Part shown: positions 51,058 through 63,343 of the stretch, in pieces
Position numbering within the stretch: position 1 is the stretch's first letter
How the letters are laid out: each line of letters opens with the position of its first letter
Source: Mobula hypostoma
Lineage: Eukaryota
Length of the DNA stretch: 64,000 nt
Assembly: GCF_963921235.1 (NCBI RefSeq)
Contig: NC_086108.1
Coordinates: forward strand, 17,236,001-17,300,000
Direction of reading: 5' to 3'
The notes under the pieces: model-generated
Seen by the model: only the letters and a program-made list of their open reading frames with translations
Databases searched by the model: none
Told to the model about the DNA's origin: nothing
Translations under genes and position numbers: made by a program

Positions 51058-51084
51058 TCTTCCATTCTAGTTCATGCAATAACG

Positions 51085-51930
51085 TATTTTAATTCACTTT
51101 TCAGGTAGTGGGTATCACTGTGAAGATCAGCATGCATTGCTCATCTTTAATTGCCCCTGTGGTGAGCTGTCTTCTTGGACAGCTGCAGATCCTTTGGTGA
51201 AGTTGCTCCAAGAACATCGTAGGAGAGGGAGTTCCAGGATTTAGATCCAAAGATGAGGAAGGGCCACTGATTATTTCCAGGTCAGGATGGTATGTAACTT
51301 AGAGATGAACTTACAGATTGTAATGTTCTTTTACTTGCTGATCTTTCCTTCTTGGTGGTAGATGTCATGAGTTTAGGAGATGCTGATGAGTAGCATGGGT
51401 GAACAACTGCAATGAAGATTTGTAGGAGAATACACTGCGGTCAGTGGGCACGAGTGGTGCCCTGAATGAATGGGTGGTGGATGGAATATCAATCGTGGGT
51501 TACTTTGTCTAGAAGGAGTCATCCACACAACTGGTAAGTATTCCAGTACACTCCCGACTCGTACCTTGGGGAAGGTAGAAAGGCTTTAATGGTGTCAGAA
51601 GTTAAGTTACTGGCCACAGGGGAATCAGCTTCTGACCTGCTCTTGTAACTACAATATTTAGACGGCTGGTCCATTTTAGATTCTGGTCAATGATGATCTC
51701 TAGGATGTTGATAGTAGCGCAGCTGGTAATGGCAAGGCCACTGCATATCAATGGCAAGTGCTTTTCTTTGGAGATGGCCATTGCCTGGTACATCTGTATG
51801 CCATCATATCAGCTCATGTTAAATGGTGTTTACTTCTTGATGAATCCATGGAGCTGTGAATGGAATTGGATATTGTGCAGAGATAGTGATGGAGATGTCT
51901 GGCACATCATATCTAAGGTCTGATTCTGTG
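51085..51930 (-). mobile_element. Old CR1/L2-group LINE 3' fragment; related pieces at about 17690-18200 (-) and 44200-44355 (+)
   Basis: TINILEIIIDQNLKWTSRLNIVVTRAGQKL (ORF 51602), like the post-RT LGVTIDxxLxW motif. Confidence 0.65.
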
Positions 51931-53349
51931 AATGCAACAAAGGTATGTTTTGATTGGTGGGGCAGTTGCCTCAAATCAGATATTGGTCCCCAGATATTCA
52001 GAAGGAGGATTTTGGAAGGTTGTCAATAAAGGCACATCTGCAATCTGTTTGTTGCCCAATCTCCATTCAATTTTAATTGCATTTCTTCCCCAAAACTATA
52101 CAGTGAATAAAACTGCATTACAATTATATTCGTTCACTATGCCAGCCCAATGTAGACAGCAACATGTGTGCACAGACACCACATCTGCCATTGGCCACCT
52201 GATAAGTCAATCTTCACAGTGTGCTGCGCTTTCAGTTTGTGACAGGAAAACAGATGGTTCCTCACCCTATTGGATGGCTCTTGACTGTCAGTCAAGCTAG
52301 CCGCGCCCCCTCAAGTCATTTTATAACTTGTAAATAAAGTTGTTTCGTACTTGCTGTAATGTCCTGAAGTCTGCAGGCAGTTTTGGAAGGTTGACAAAGC
52401 CCGTGACAGCATTATTTGCAGAACCAATTTTAACATTAGACATACACATAGCACAAAATGCATCTGCTGCTGTAAATCTTTTTCTAACTTTCATCTTGAC
52501 AGGTTGAGTGGCATGATTAGGTAATTCCTGGTAAAAGCTTGGCCTCACCTGGAGTGTACATTGCCCCCCAGATTACATCTTGGTGAAGGTGAGGAGAAAT
52601 AACAGACAGATTAGAAATACAGAGCATTGAGAACAGAAAAGAAGCAACAGATACTAGATTACAGGGTTGGCTATTTATAGACTCTTGTCTCCAGGTACAA
52701 TATTTCCTTGGTCACTAGGGGAAACCAGGCTAGCAACAACTAGGAGTAACTGGAATGTTGGGTCTGTTGCCATGGGGATAATGCTTATATTCCGCAGTTG
52801 TTGGAAATGCTCAGCCAGATGATTTGAGAACTCAATCCCTTTGGGAGGAGAAGAAATTCTTTGAACTAGAGAGGAAGAAATGTTTGACATAAACACAGGA
52901 GTCCTTGGGCATAATTCTATAGGGAATGGAGACATTTCATCAAATTTCATGGTTTTCATAGTTTTGAGAAACCTATCTTCTAATACAGTTATCGATTCAG
53001 CTGGGGTGGAGGGACAGGAGCTCTAGATTTATAACTGAAGCTAATGCTTCTATCTGAAAGCCACAGATTACTAATTGCATTCTATAAATTCCAAATAAGG
53101 AGAAAGCATAATTTTGGTACAGGACTGTGTGTTTCTACTGTGCTGATGTTAAGTTTTACAGGGTTTGATAAGTTTCTGATGAGAGATTGCAGGGTTTCGA
53201 GTGGAAATCTTGGCTTCTAAGGATTGGGCTGTAGGGTTTTTGCTGGCTAAACAGAGGTAGTGTTGTTGCTCAGAACTGTTGTGGATTAGGAATGGGGATA
53301 CATCCAACCAGTCACCAGCAAAATAAGAATCTCTGCAGTGATGGGTCTC

Positions 53350-53670
53350 CTCTCCACAGGCACCCATCCTCCTCCTCCACTTTCCTTCAATTTTTCATCT
53401 CCCCACAATATTTTTCTGCCTCCCCCAATCTCATCCCTCTGTCTCCTCTGCTATCTCCCCTCTTCACTCTTCAGTTCTGGCACCCTACTCTTTCTCCTCC
53501 AGTAAATAACATTCACAAAATCTTCTCCCTTTTCCTGATCTCTCCATTCTTCTGTCTTCTCCTTCAATCTCTCCATATTGAGGCCCCTTCCTTCATTCTT
53601 AATTTCTCTCTTCAGTCCACCTGCACACAATTTCCCCTCTCCCTGCTGTATCCCAGCCTGAACCTTCATC
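53350..53670 (+). repeat. Pyrimidine (CT)-rich low-complexity tract
   Basis: Strong C/T strand bias. Confidence 0.65.
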
Positions 53671-53859
53671 TTCTGCTGGCTCTCAGGCTGAAGTCTAATG
53701 CTGCAGGATGCTATCTGATAGGTTATACGTTTCTCGGTGGCACCTGACCTCACAACTGCTCCCAACTTGTCACTCTCTCTCTCTGGCCTTGAGTCAACCA
53801 TTGATACAATCTCTGTTGCCTTTCAGGACTAGTCATTCTTTATGTTGAGTTTGTGAGAC

Positions 53860-56430
53860 AGTGTTTGGAATATTGTGTTCCATTTTGATCACACTACTAT
53901 AGGAAGGATGTTAATAAAATGGAAAGAGTTGTGGAGAAAGGTTGAGCAATTTCGAACTTTAGAGTGTAAGAGAATGAGAGGTGATTTTATAGCTGAATAT
54001 AAAATCAAGGGGAACAGAGATAGGGTTTAGGTAGAAGAACATAGATAAAATGCACCCAAACCTTTTTTCCTGGGGTTGTGGAAACAGGGCCTAGAGGTTA
54101 AAAGTGAGAGGAGAAAGGTTTGATAGCAATATGAGCTGTAACTTTCTCCCCCTAGATTGGTCGATATATGGAATGAACTGCCAGTTGAAGTGGTTGAAGC
54201 AGGTACATGAACAACATATCAAAGATACTTGGACAAGGTACATGAATAGGAAAGGTTTAAAGGAATATGAGCCAAACATGGGCAAATAGGACTAGCTTAG
54301 ATGGATATCTTGGTTGGCATGGATCAGTTGGGCCAAAGAGCCTGTTTCTGAACAGTAGTAGTAATGAATCCATGAGCAGCCTATTAATTGCTTACTGAGT
54401 AGCAATTACCCAGTAAGGGTAATTGGGGAATTTCTTATTCGGTCTTCTGCCTAGCCCTAAATTATGGACTCAATTTGGGTGGTTGGTATATTCTAAGATA
54501 TAACGTAATGTTCGCAGTTTTATCTGGTACAGAGCTACAGAGAGCTCAGGGTTGCTACAATCTTTTTTTACGTTTCCTTCTTTATGTTAAATGTTGCATT
54601 TCAGATCTTTGCAAAAGTAAGTACTGGTGAGGTTCCAGCTGAGGATCTCCTCACCAATGTTGTTTTCAAGAGCAGAAGGGAAAGCAGAACAGTGCCAGCC
54701 AACAGCCCCTGTCTACAAACAGCTGCAGAGTGGAAATTCCCCCATTTGGTTAGGTACGTCATCCAGATGGTGGCTTCTAATCCCAACAGAACCAACCAAT
54801 GAAACAACGTAACTATAAATATAGGTCAGAAGTTGGACAAACTTGGGTTGTTTTCTCTAGAGTATCCAAGGCTTAGGAAAGACCTGATAGAAGTTAAAAT
54901 TATGAAAGGCAGTCAGAATCTCTTTTCCCAAGGTAGCCATGTCAAATATGAGAGGATTTGTATTGAATATGCAAGGGAGAAAGTTTTGTTACTTAAAATG
55001 TGGTAGGTGCTATGAATGGCTGGACAGGGGTGATGGTGGTGGAAGCAGATATGATCGTGGTGTTTACAAAGCTTTCATATGAAGAGATTGGAGGGATTTG
55101 GATCATGTGCAGCCAGAAAAGATTTAGTTTAATTTGGCATTTCCTGTACTGTACCATCCTATGTTCTATGTACATAATTATGCAGAGAACAGGGAGAGGA
55201 TATGGCCATTGTTCAGGTAGAAGAGATAAAGTGACATTAGCTTAATTAGTTGTTACAACATAATGGGTGGAAAGGCCTGTTCTGTGATGAATTAGGATTT
55301 AATCTAGTTATTTGAAAAATAAAATACTTTAAAATAATTAAGCATTTTAAAGTAAAATAAAGCAAAATAATTTAAGAAGGGATAGTATCTTCTTTGTCTT
55401 TACCTGGTTATTTTCTTTAAAATCTCTGTAGGTTCACAGATTTTGTGGCCTCTTGAGAAGTCCTGGAAGACTTCCAGTGTGAGGCCAATAATGGAGAGAG
55501 CTGATACATTTGACCATTGGCAGGCGTCAGCTGGACCAGACCCAAACTTTCATCTGAAAGGCAACAGTGCCAAAGACTGCAGGATTTGATTAGTACGTGT
55601 CCATATGAAGCTCCTCGGTGTCAGGTGCCAACTGAAGACCATGTTATACATGGTGTGTTGTGGTTGCATGCACACATCTACCTTGGAGGTCTCGGGAGAG
55701 CCAGAAATTTTCATTAATTACTAGAGTTGTTTGGATTAATTGTTAGAATTCCCACAATGTTGTCAAGGATATGATGGATTCCATAGAGAAGTTAGCATTG
55801 ATGCATAACAGCCTCATTAACTGTTGCACGTCAGAACATAGAACATACCACAGGAACAGGCCCTTTGGCCCCATGATGTTGTGCTGAACTAATTCAATTA
55901 ATAATTAAACACTGAACTAAATTAATCCTTTCTACCTATATAATGTCCATGTTCCTCCATTCTCTGCTCATTCATATGCCTATTTGAGAATATCTTAAAT
56001 GCCTCAAAAGTATTTGCCTCCACTACCACATTTTGCAGTACATTCCAGACACCCCAGTGTCTGTGTAAAAACATTGTCCTGTATATCTTTTCTCCTTCAA
56101 TGCATGCCCTCTAGGATTAGACATTCTGATCCTGGGAAAACATATTGGCTGTCTAATCTGGTTATGCCTCCCATAATATTATAAACTTCTATCAATCTGT
56201 TTGTCCAAGCTCTTCCTATAGCATATGCCGTGTGCTCCCTATACAAGCAGCACCCTAGCAAACATCTTTTGCACCCTCTTCAAAGCCTCCATGCCCTTTC
56301 TATAATTGGTCAACCAGAAATGAATGTACATTAATGTACATGGCTTAACCAGAGTTTTATAAAGCTGCAACAGAACTTGCTGACTCTCGAACTCAGTGCC
56401 TCGACTGGTAAAGTCAAGCATGCCATTTGT
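53860..56430. mobile_element. Three separate old CR1 3' fragments (+ 53860-54370; + 54825-55290; - 55833-56430) with unique sequence between
   Basis: ttggaatattgtgttccatttt (LEYCV.F); LQLYKTLVKP in ORF 56239; tail agaacatagaacata at 55833. Confidence 0.7.
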
Positions 56431-57334
56431 GCAGCCATTTTCAGGGAAAAATTTGAGTAATTTACCAAAACCATGTGCCTCTCAGCAACTCTGTTGACTG
56501 GGCCTATACCACCAGCTAATAATCTGCTCTCATATCATTGAATGGTGTAGAGAATAACATGACACTGTTTGCAAACATCTGGATTTAAACATGCTTTACT
56601 TTACTCAGATTAGAATATTGAACAGGTCACTTGTAATCTGGAGATTACTTGTGCATTTGTTTACATGAAAATAGTTATGATTTGGTATTGAAAAATATAT
56701 TACCAGAATTGTGGTAAACTTATTATCAGCATTGTATTGCTATTTATAAGATGTTTATCTCTTTTGGCTTAACTCCCACATGAGTCAATCCACCACCACT
56801 CCAAAGTCCCCACTTCATTCTGGGAAGCAGCTGTAGCTTGGAATAGGCTCTGCCCAAATATGTTTGGACAAGATACTCCTTCAGAATTTTCACACAACAG
56901 AACTCTTTCATCTAGGGGTAGAAAGTCGCAGGCCTTCATTGGAAGGACAAGGGAATTTAGAATTTGAGCCATCTATGTTTGATTTTCCTTACTTACGTGA
57001 AGCTTCCCTTCCCAAGTTTTGTAATTTACTCCTGCTGCACAACCTGCCCAGATGTTTGTGTTGCTTTCATCTGTCCCCTTGTACATGATCCCACCTCCCA
57101 GCCCCAGCCTCATTTATTTTTAGATTAACCATTGGCACTTGGTCCTTAGCCTCCAGTATTTCCTGCCTATTTTTTTCCAAATTGCTATCTTTTCAATTTG
57201 AACAATTTCCCAGGGGCTGTGAGACCTCCTCCTCTATGCGCTAGATGACCAGCTGTCTAGGAACTTGCCCACTGTGCTATCAAAATGTCATGCCAACATA
57301 GCAGCCATAGTGGTAGTTTTGAGAACGTCGCCCA

Positions 57335-57580
57335 ATTTATTTATTTATTGAGATACAGCATAGAGCAGGCCTTTCTGGCCCTTCGAGCTGTGCTGCCCAG
57401 CAATCTCCCTAGCCTATTCATGGGTCTATTTACCAATTAACCTACCATTTGGGAGGAAATCAGAGCACCCAGAGGAATCCCATAGGAAGAACATATAAAC
57501 TCCGTACCGGCAGCAGCAGGAATTGAACCGGGGTCACCTGTGCTGCAAAGCGGTGTGCTAACCACTATGCTACTGTGCCA
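57335..57580 (-). mobile_element. V-SINE (HE1-like), near complete
   Basis: tRNA-like head on the minus strand (ggcacagtagcatagtggttagcac..ggttcaattcc), V-domain-like core and CR1-type tail with (TAAA)n. Confidence 0.85.
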
Positions 57581-57884
57581 CCTCACTCATTTTCTCATTT
57601 GAATAACTACAATAAGGCCTGGACTGGGAATGTAAACGTCTCTGAGTTCCGGAGGTATGATAGTGGAGCAATGTTCCTGTCTCTCACTTACCTTGGAGCA
57701 GGCCACGAGAGCTCGGAATTTCCAGATTTCTGTCGCTGACAGAGTGAGAGCTTGGCTCGATGTTGAGGAAGTTCAGGTACTAACAACATGTTGGAGGAAG
57801 ATCCAGATTCCCACAAGGATCTGTTGTATAGAGGTCAATAAAAATATCCAGAAGGCCTCAGACAGAGCTGCGCTCTGACCTCCG

Positions 57885-58696
57885 TTGAGGTGGTGGCTCA
57901 ATTTTAGTTGATTTTTAGTGATCTTGGGTTCATGGGGACAGAGAGGGGAAATTAGGGGTGAGGTTAGTGTTTTAGGGACAGGGATGTGGAGGAATTAGAG
58001 AACAGGGTCAGAAGTCATAAGTATCTACACTGCATTGGAAGGACGGCAATTCAGATGTGGGACACCTGTGGACTGGGCCAGAATGTCCACCTGCATTTTG
58101 GGCTGATAGACCAGTGTGGATGAAGGCTGGTGGCTCCCTCAGGGTCAGTGAGTTGACGACGGGTTCTGGAGTTGGAGTTCTGTGCAGGTAGGAGGAACAA
58201 AGTCCGATGACCCCTTGCGTTAGTGAATTGGTGAGACTGGAGTTTGAGGCCTGGTCGTCAGGGTCCCATCATCCGCAAGTCAGAAGTTCACAGCCCGAGA
58301 GTCAAATTGGAAGTCTGGAAGTTGAAGCCTATTGGCTGGAGCCCCAGGTCAGTAAATCTCTGTGCCCACTGGGGTAGTCAAAGGCCCAATGTCTATGTGT
58401 CCGGTCTGAATCAGAGTTCACTGGAGCTGGAGGCTGAAGAAGATGGCTGTCTTGGGGTTCGAAGACTCTGTGTGCATGGGGAGTGGGGTGGAAGGCAGGA
58501 ATGGGTATTGTTTTGCTGTAGTTGATTTGTTGCTTGTTGTGTTCTGTCTTGTTCTGCTGAACATTGTGGACATGTTATGTTGGCACTGGAAGGTGCAGCA
58601 ATACTTGCAGGCTGCCCCCAGCAAAGCCTCAGATGTGTTGGTGTTGTATGTTTCAATGTACACATGATAAATAAAATTAAGTCTTGAATCTTGAAC
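57885..58696 (+). mobile_element. Putative non-coding retroposon with Rex-type tail (5' boundary uncertain)
   Basis: Ends gtacacatgataaataaa..agtcttgaatcttga, like the Rex tail at 28710-28749; body has no RT motifs. Confidence 0.4.
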
Positions 58697-58699
58697 TGA

Positions 58700-59240
58700 G
58701 AAGTGACAAAGCCTTAAAGCAAATTGCTGAATTTCTAAAGCCTGTCAGGCAGGGCATGTGACAAATTCACAACTACATGCCAGGGACCCCAGGAGCATCT
58801 CTCATTGGGACTGCCTTCTAGAAAGGAGACAAAGCCAATAGCAGGAACTGAAGAATGTTCTCTCTGCTGTCTGCCATTAGCCAGGAACTTCCCACCCCTT
58901 TGACCAAGGAGCTTCTCCCCAAAACCATAGCTTGGGCTTTACCCAATGCGAAGCATAAAGGACGTGATCGTTAGCACCCATAACTCCAAGATAAACGTAG
59001 GAAACAACATCAACCACTGCACATGGGCTTTTGTGGCCTCACGTAATGTTTGATTTCACCAGTCAAGTGTGGGTGGGGACTCCTTCTCAGACTTGGCCAC
59101 CCGCTGAAACAGATCTGCAACATTTTTGCATACAACCTGTTATTCGAACTGGTGACTACACAGCAAGCAGCGCAGACTTGGGTCAGATGAAGCTGCTCAT
59201 TTGCCCAACAATTTTATCAATTATTGTCACCTCTTCTCTA
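58700..59240 (+). mobile_element. Old RTE-clade LINE RT fragment
   Basis: KGDKANSRN..SLLSAI, ELLPK..PMRSIKDVI..LQDKRRKQHQPLHM, matching RTE QLQEKCREQ..PLYMAF. Confidence 0.7.
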
Positions 59241-59277
59241 ACAAACTTCCTGCTAGAGTGGAGGCAATCTGCAGGAC

Positions 59278-59880
59278 AAAGTCCAAATTGAGTTTATTGT
59301 CATCTGCATAAGTACATGCATAAACAGATGTGATGAAAATCCTACCTACAGCAGCAACATAGGCACCAAGCATCCGATACACAACATCCACAAGGATTAC
59401 GTAAACTAACATTGTTCATTTTACAAAATTATTCAAGAATGAACATAATTAGAACACAGAAAGCCCAAAGTCCTCTGTACTGTAAATTGATCATAGTGGT
59501 TATAGTGTTGTTATATTGAGGCAGTGTTTAGGGATTTGCTGGTTACTTCAAGAACTGAAGGGGAAGTAGCTTTTTTTGAACCCAGTGGAGTGGCGCTTCA
59601 GGCTTTATAACCTCCTGTTGATGGTAGCTGGGAGAACATGGTACATCCTGGAAGGAGCGGATCTTTGACAACAGATGTGGCCTTCTTGAGGCACTACTTC
59701 CTGTAGATACTATAAATGGTGGGGAGGGATGTTACAATAATGTATTGAGCTGAGTCCACTGCTCCCTGCAGCTTCTTACATTCCTGCACATTTAAATTGC
59801 AGTATTAGACCATGATGTAATCAGTCAGGCCATTTTCAGTAGTTTGCCTGTAGAAGTTTGTTAAAATATTTGGTGACCAT
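59278..59880 (-). mobile_element. Old Rex1/Babar 3' fragment
   Basis: Colinear with 29615-30080 and 35370-35880. Confidence 0.65.
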
Positions 59881-59946
59881 AATACCTTAAGACATAGGAG
59901 CAGAATTAGACTGTTCAGCCCATTGATTCTGCTCCACCATTTGATT

Positions 59947-60495
59947 TACACATAGTGGCTACTTTATTAGGTACTTCCTGTACCTAATACCCTCTACCTA
60001 ATAAAGTGGCTACTTTATGTTCTTCATGATCTTATGCTGCTGTACCCATCCACTTCAAGATTTGATGTGTTGTGCATTCAGGGATACTCTTCTGCACATC
60101 ACTGTTGTAACATGTGGTTATTTGAGTTACTGTCACCTTCCTGTCAGCTTGATCCAGTCTGGCCATTCTCCTCTGACCTCTCTCATTAACAAGGTATTTT
60201 CACCCACAGAATTGCTGCTCGCTAGATGTTTTTATTTTGTTTTTCACACCATTCTCTGTAAACTCTAGAGACTGTTGTGTGTGAAAATCCCAGTAGATCA
60301 TCAGTTTCTGAGATACTCAAACTACTCCATCTGGCACCAACATGGTCAAAGTCACTTAGATCACATTTACCCCCATTCTGATGTTTGGTTTGATAAACAA
60401 ATGAACCTCCTGACCACGTCTACGTAGTTTTATGCATTGAGTTGCTGCCATGTGATTCACTGATTAGATATTTGCATTAACAAGCCACTGTACTG
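59947..60495 (-). mobile_element. Non-autonomous Tc1-family transposon retaining the transposase N-terminal HTH region
   Basis: Minus strand VGARWSSLSISETDDLLGFSHTTVSRVYREW..VNERGQRRMARLDQADRKVTVTQITT..LKWMG; TIR-like palindrome agtggctactttattaggtac / tacctaataaagtggc at 59955-60015. Confidence 0.85.
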
Positions 60496-61024
60496 ATACT
60501 GGATGCCCTCTTAAGGACATCTGCTCTTCCCAGTACTGCAGCATTTTCCTACTCCATCCTGGCAACCTGCCTTCTGCCCTCCCTATCTATTCTGGACACC
60601 TTGTATATCTGACAGTTTATAATGCATATATCACACCCAGTCCTGTCCGTTTGCCAGGGGAAAGCTGCCTAACTTTGTTATCTGATAACCAAATATTACC
60701 TTCTACTATATGTGGGGCGTGGAAACAGAGAATCTGGGAAGACTCAAGTACAATGAAAATACTCCTGAACCAAGCAGTCACGCCCCACCACTTATCAATG
60801 GAACAAGCGTGACATCAGAGTTGCAAGTGAGAATGGCTTTACAGCACGCTTCTGAGAGAAGTGCCAGAGGAAATAGGTGGGCTCCAGTTAGTATTTTTGG
60901 CAGCTTTATAAATACAGGAGCATAGACTGCCTCGCATTTAGCAGACTGCAGCTTCAAGCAGGCAATTCAAAATGGATTAGCCCAGGCTCTGTTCTGTGGA
61001 GTTAGTCAGTGAGTGCTCAGGGTA

Positions 61025-61850
61025 GGGGAAACCTAAGGGAACTAAAGAGGTGGACAGATAAGTGGCAAAATGGATGTGTACAATATTAGAAATAAGAAGA
61101 GCTCAAGTGGGAGAACGTGGTGAGTATAAGGAGGACTTGTGGAACAGAAAGGTGAGAAAAGATTGTGTCAGGGAATGGTGAAAGGGAGGAAGAGAGTGAC
61201 AGATAGGAACTGATGGGAAGGAAGCAAAGGTCACCAAAAGAAAGAGAGAAGAAGATGGTAGAGGCAATGAGTAGAAAGGGCAGAGCAGAGAGAGGAAAAG
61301 GAAGACAATGTCAGGGGACAGCAGCAGGTGGAAAGAGATATTGAGACAGAAAGAGTGATAGAGGAGAGAGAAAGAATCACAAAGGCATGAGATAACGAGA
61401 GTGAGTGAAAGGAGGAGAAAAACAGAACAAGGCAATGAACAAGAGAGACAGGCAGGTACAGAGCAGAGCAGAGTTATAGTGTTAAGGAATGGAGAGAAAA
61501 GCAAAAGGCGAGTGAAAACGAAGAGGATTCAGAGTGATATGGATTAGGTGAGAAAAAGACAAGAATGAAAGTGACCTCAATGGGCACAGGGAAGAGGAAG
61601 AAGTCTGCATGCTTGAACTTGGGTGTGGGGGTATTAGAAAGAGGATTTGAGTGATGGGGAGAGAGCTACTGGGATGCAATGTGTGAGTCTAGAGGGAGTG
61701 ATTTCATGGGGTGTACCGTCTGAGTGAGAGGAATAGTTCATGTGTGTGTGAATGGGGGGTTGGTTTATTTCATGGGATGTAGTGTGTTTTAGTGAGTGTT
61801 AATGGGCTATAGGGTGAAGCATGTATGAGAAACTGTAATGTGATGGGTTA
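61025..61850 (+). repeat. GA-rich tract followed by TG-rich tract
   Basis: Purine-biased 61025-61680, then tgtg/gtga-rich sequence to 61850. Confidence 0.65.
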
Positions 61851-63108
61851 ACTCACCTGCTGGTCGAACACCACTTCCACCATGCTGGTCACTGACTGGC
61901 CCATTCAAGGGACACGGCAGCTCTCTCCCATTGTTGTGCTTTCACGCCATGGCACCAACTTCCATTTTCAGGCACCCCTGGATGCTCTGTTTCTTGTTGC
62001 CAGGGGCTTCCTTCAGACTGGGTCATGACCAGGCCTGAAGAACCACCGGGAAAACGTGCTGCAGTTAGGAAGCCATGGGTGCACACTTAGAGAAGTACCT
62101 GTTTGTTGAATGTTTAGCTTTGCAGTTGTATAACTTGGTGGGGGAGGGAGTGGCTGGAGGGGTGGTTAATGAAGTACGTGTTTGAGTTAGAATTGTTATT
62201 GAATATTTAGTGTCCTATTTTTGTAACTTAGGGAGCTTAGATGAGCACTTGTTTGACTTAGATGCTTGGTTGAGTGCGTCACTTTTTTGTAAATAAATAT
62301 CAATGTGCTTACTTGCAAATTCAGTTTTTTCTGTCCCATTTACTGAATCTGCGAATTTGCTTTCACATAACAGAGGCAGAGTCAGGCCAGGTATAAGAGA
62401 ACTGATTGTTATATAAAAACTGCAAACTTTCAGTTTTTCTTTTGTCATTGTTCTTTATTTCTGAAGAACACAAGTAGTGATAACGAAGCATAGGATATCG
62501 TTATTGTAATTACACCAGCAATCCATATCTGCGTCTTTTTCAAAACCACTGTCATGTTCTTACAATATGTATATTCCAACATGATTAGTCTTTGCACAGT
62601 TTAGTTTACACAAAAGCCATTCCTTCCCCACCCCGATTAGATTTATCTTTTCCACTGTGTGTTTGGCTTTGGGTTGGGAGAGAAAAAACTTTCCCACAGA
62701 TAGAAACACATTGTATTTGTACTGATACCTGGAAATCCAAAGGTAATTTTTAAGTGTTAGTCAGACCAGATTTCATACTGAGCTAATATTGTTGATTTGG
62801 CTGACCTATCATGACTGTTACATTCCCGACCCCACCCATCCACTGACAGATGTGAGATCCTCAGCGGAAGCCAATGCCTCATTCAGCAGTCACACGGTTT
62901 CCTTCCCATTCATTTTAGTAGAAGTGGTCAAGCAGGTTTCTACCCAGAATAGGACACCCTCCCTGTTCTGATCTTCCTCTCTGTTTACCTCCACCCATTT
63001 TCCCTCTCATTCTCACATCCTGGCAGAGAGAACTTTCAGCTGCCCAGTTCTGCTCAGCCAACAGAACTGCTTCTAGTTGCATTCCTTACCAATAGCAGCA
63101 GTTATCAC

Positions 63109-63320
63109 AAACACAAGAGACTGTGCAGATGCTGGAAATACAGAGCAACGCACACAAAATGCCAGAGGAACTCGGCAGGTCAGGCAGCATCTATAGATAA
63201 AAATAAAGAGTTGATACTTTGGGCCAGAACCCCTCATCAGGACCTGATGAAGGGTCTCAGCTCAAAATGTTGACTCTATTTCTCTGACCTGCTGAGTTGG
63301 TCTAGCATTTTGTGTGTGTT
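63109..63320. mobile_element. Palindromic PLE-derived insertion, two tails fused head-to-head at the hammerhead core
   Basis: tcatcagg-a-cctgatga centred on 63242; TSD gcagcagttatcac / gcagtagctatcac (63095-63108 / 63321-63334). Confidence 0.85.
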
Positions 63321-63343
63321 GCAGTAGCTATCACTCTGTTTTT

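Noticed and set aside
57510..57580. tRNA gene
   Set aside because: A/B boxes belong to a SINE head continuing into the V-domain-like core; no full cloverleaf.
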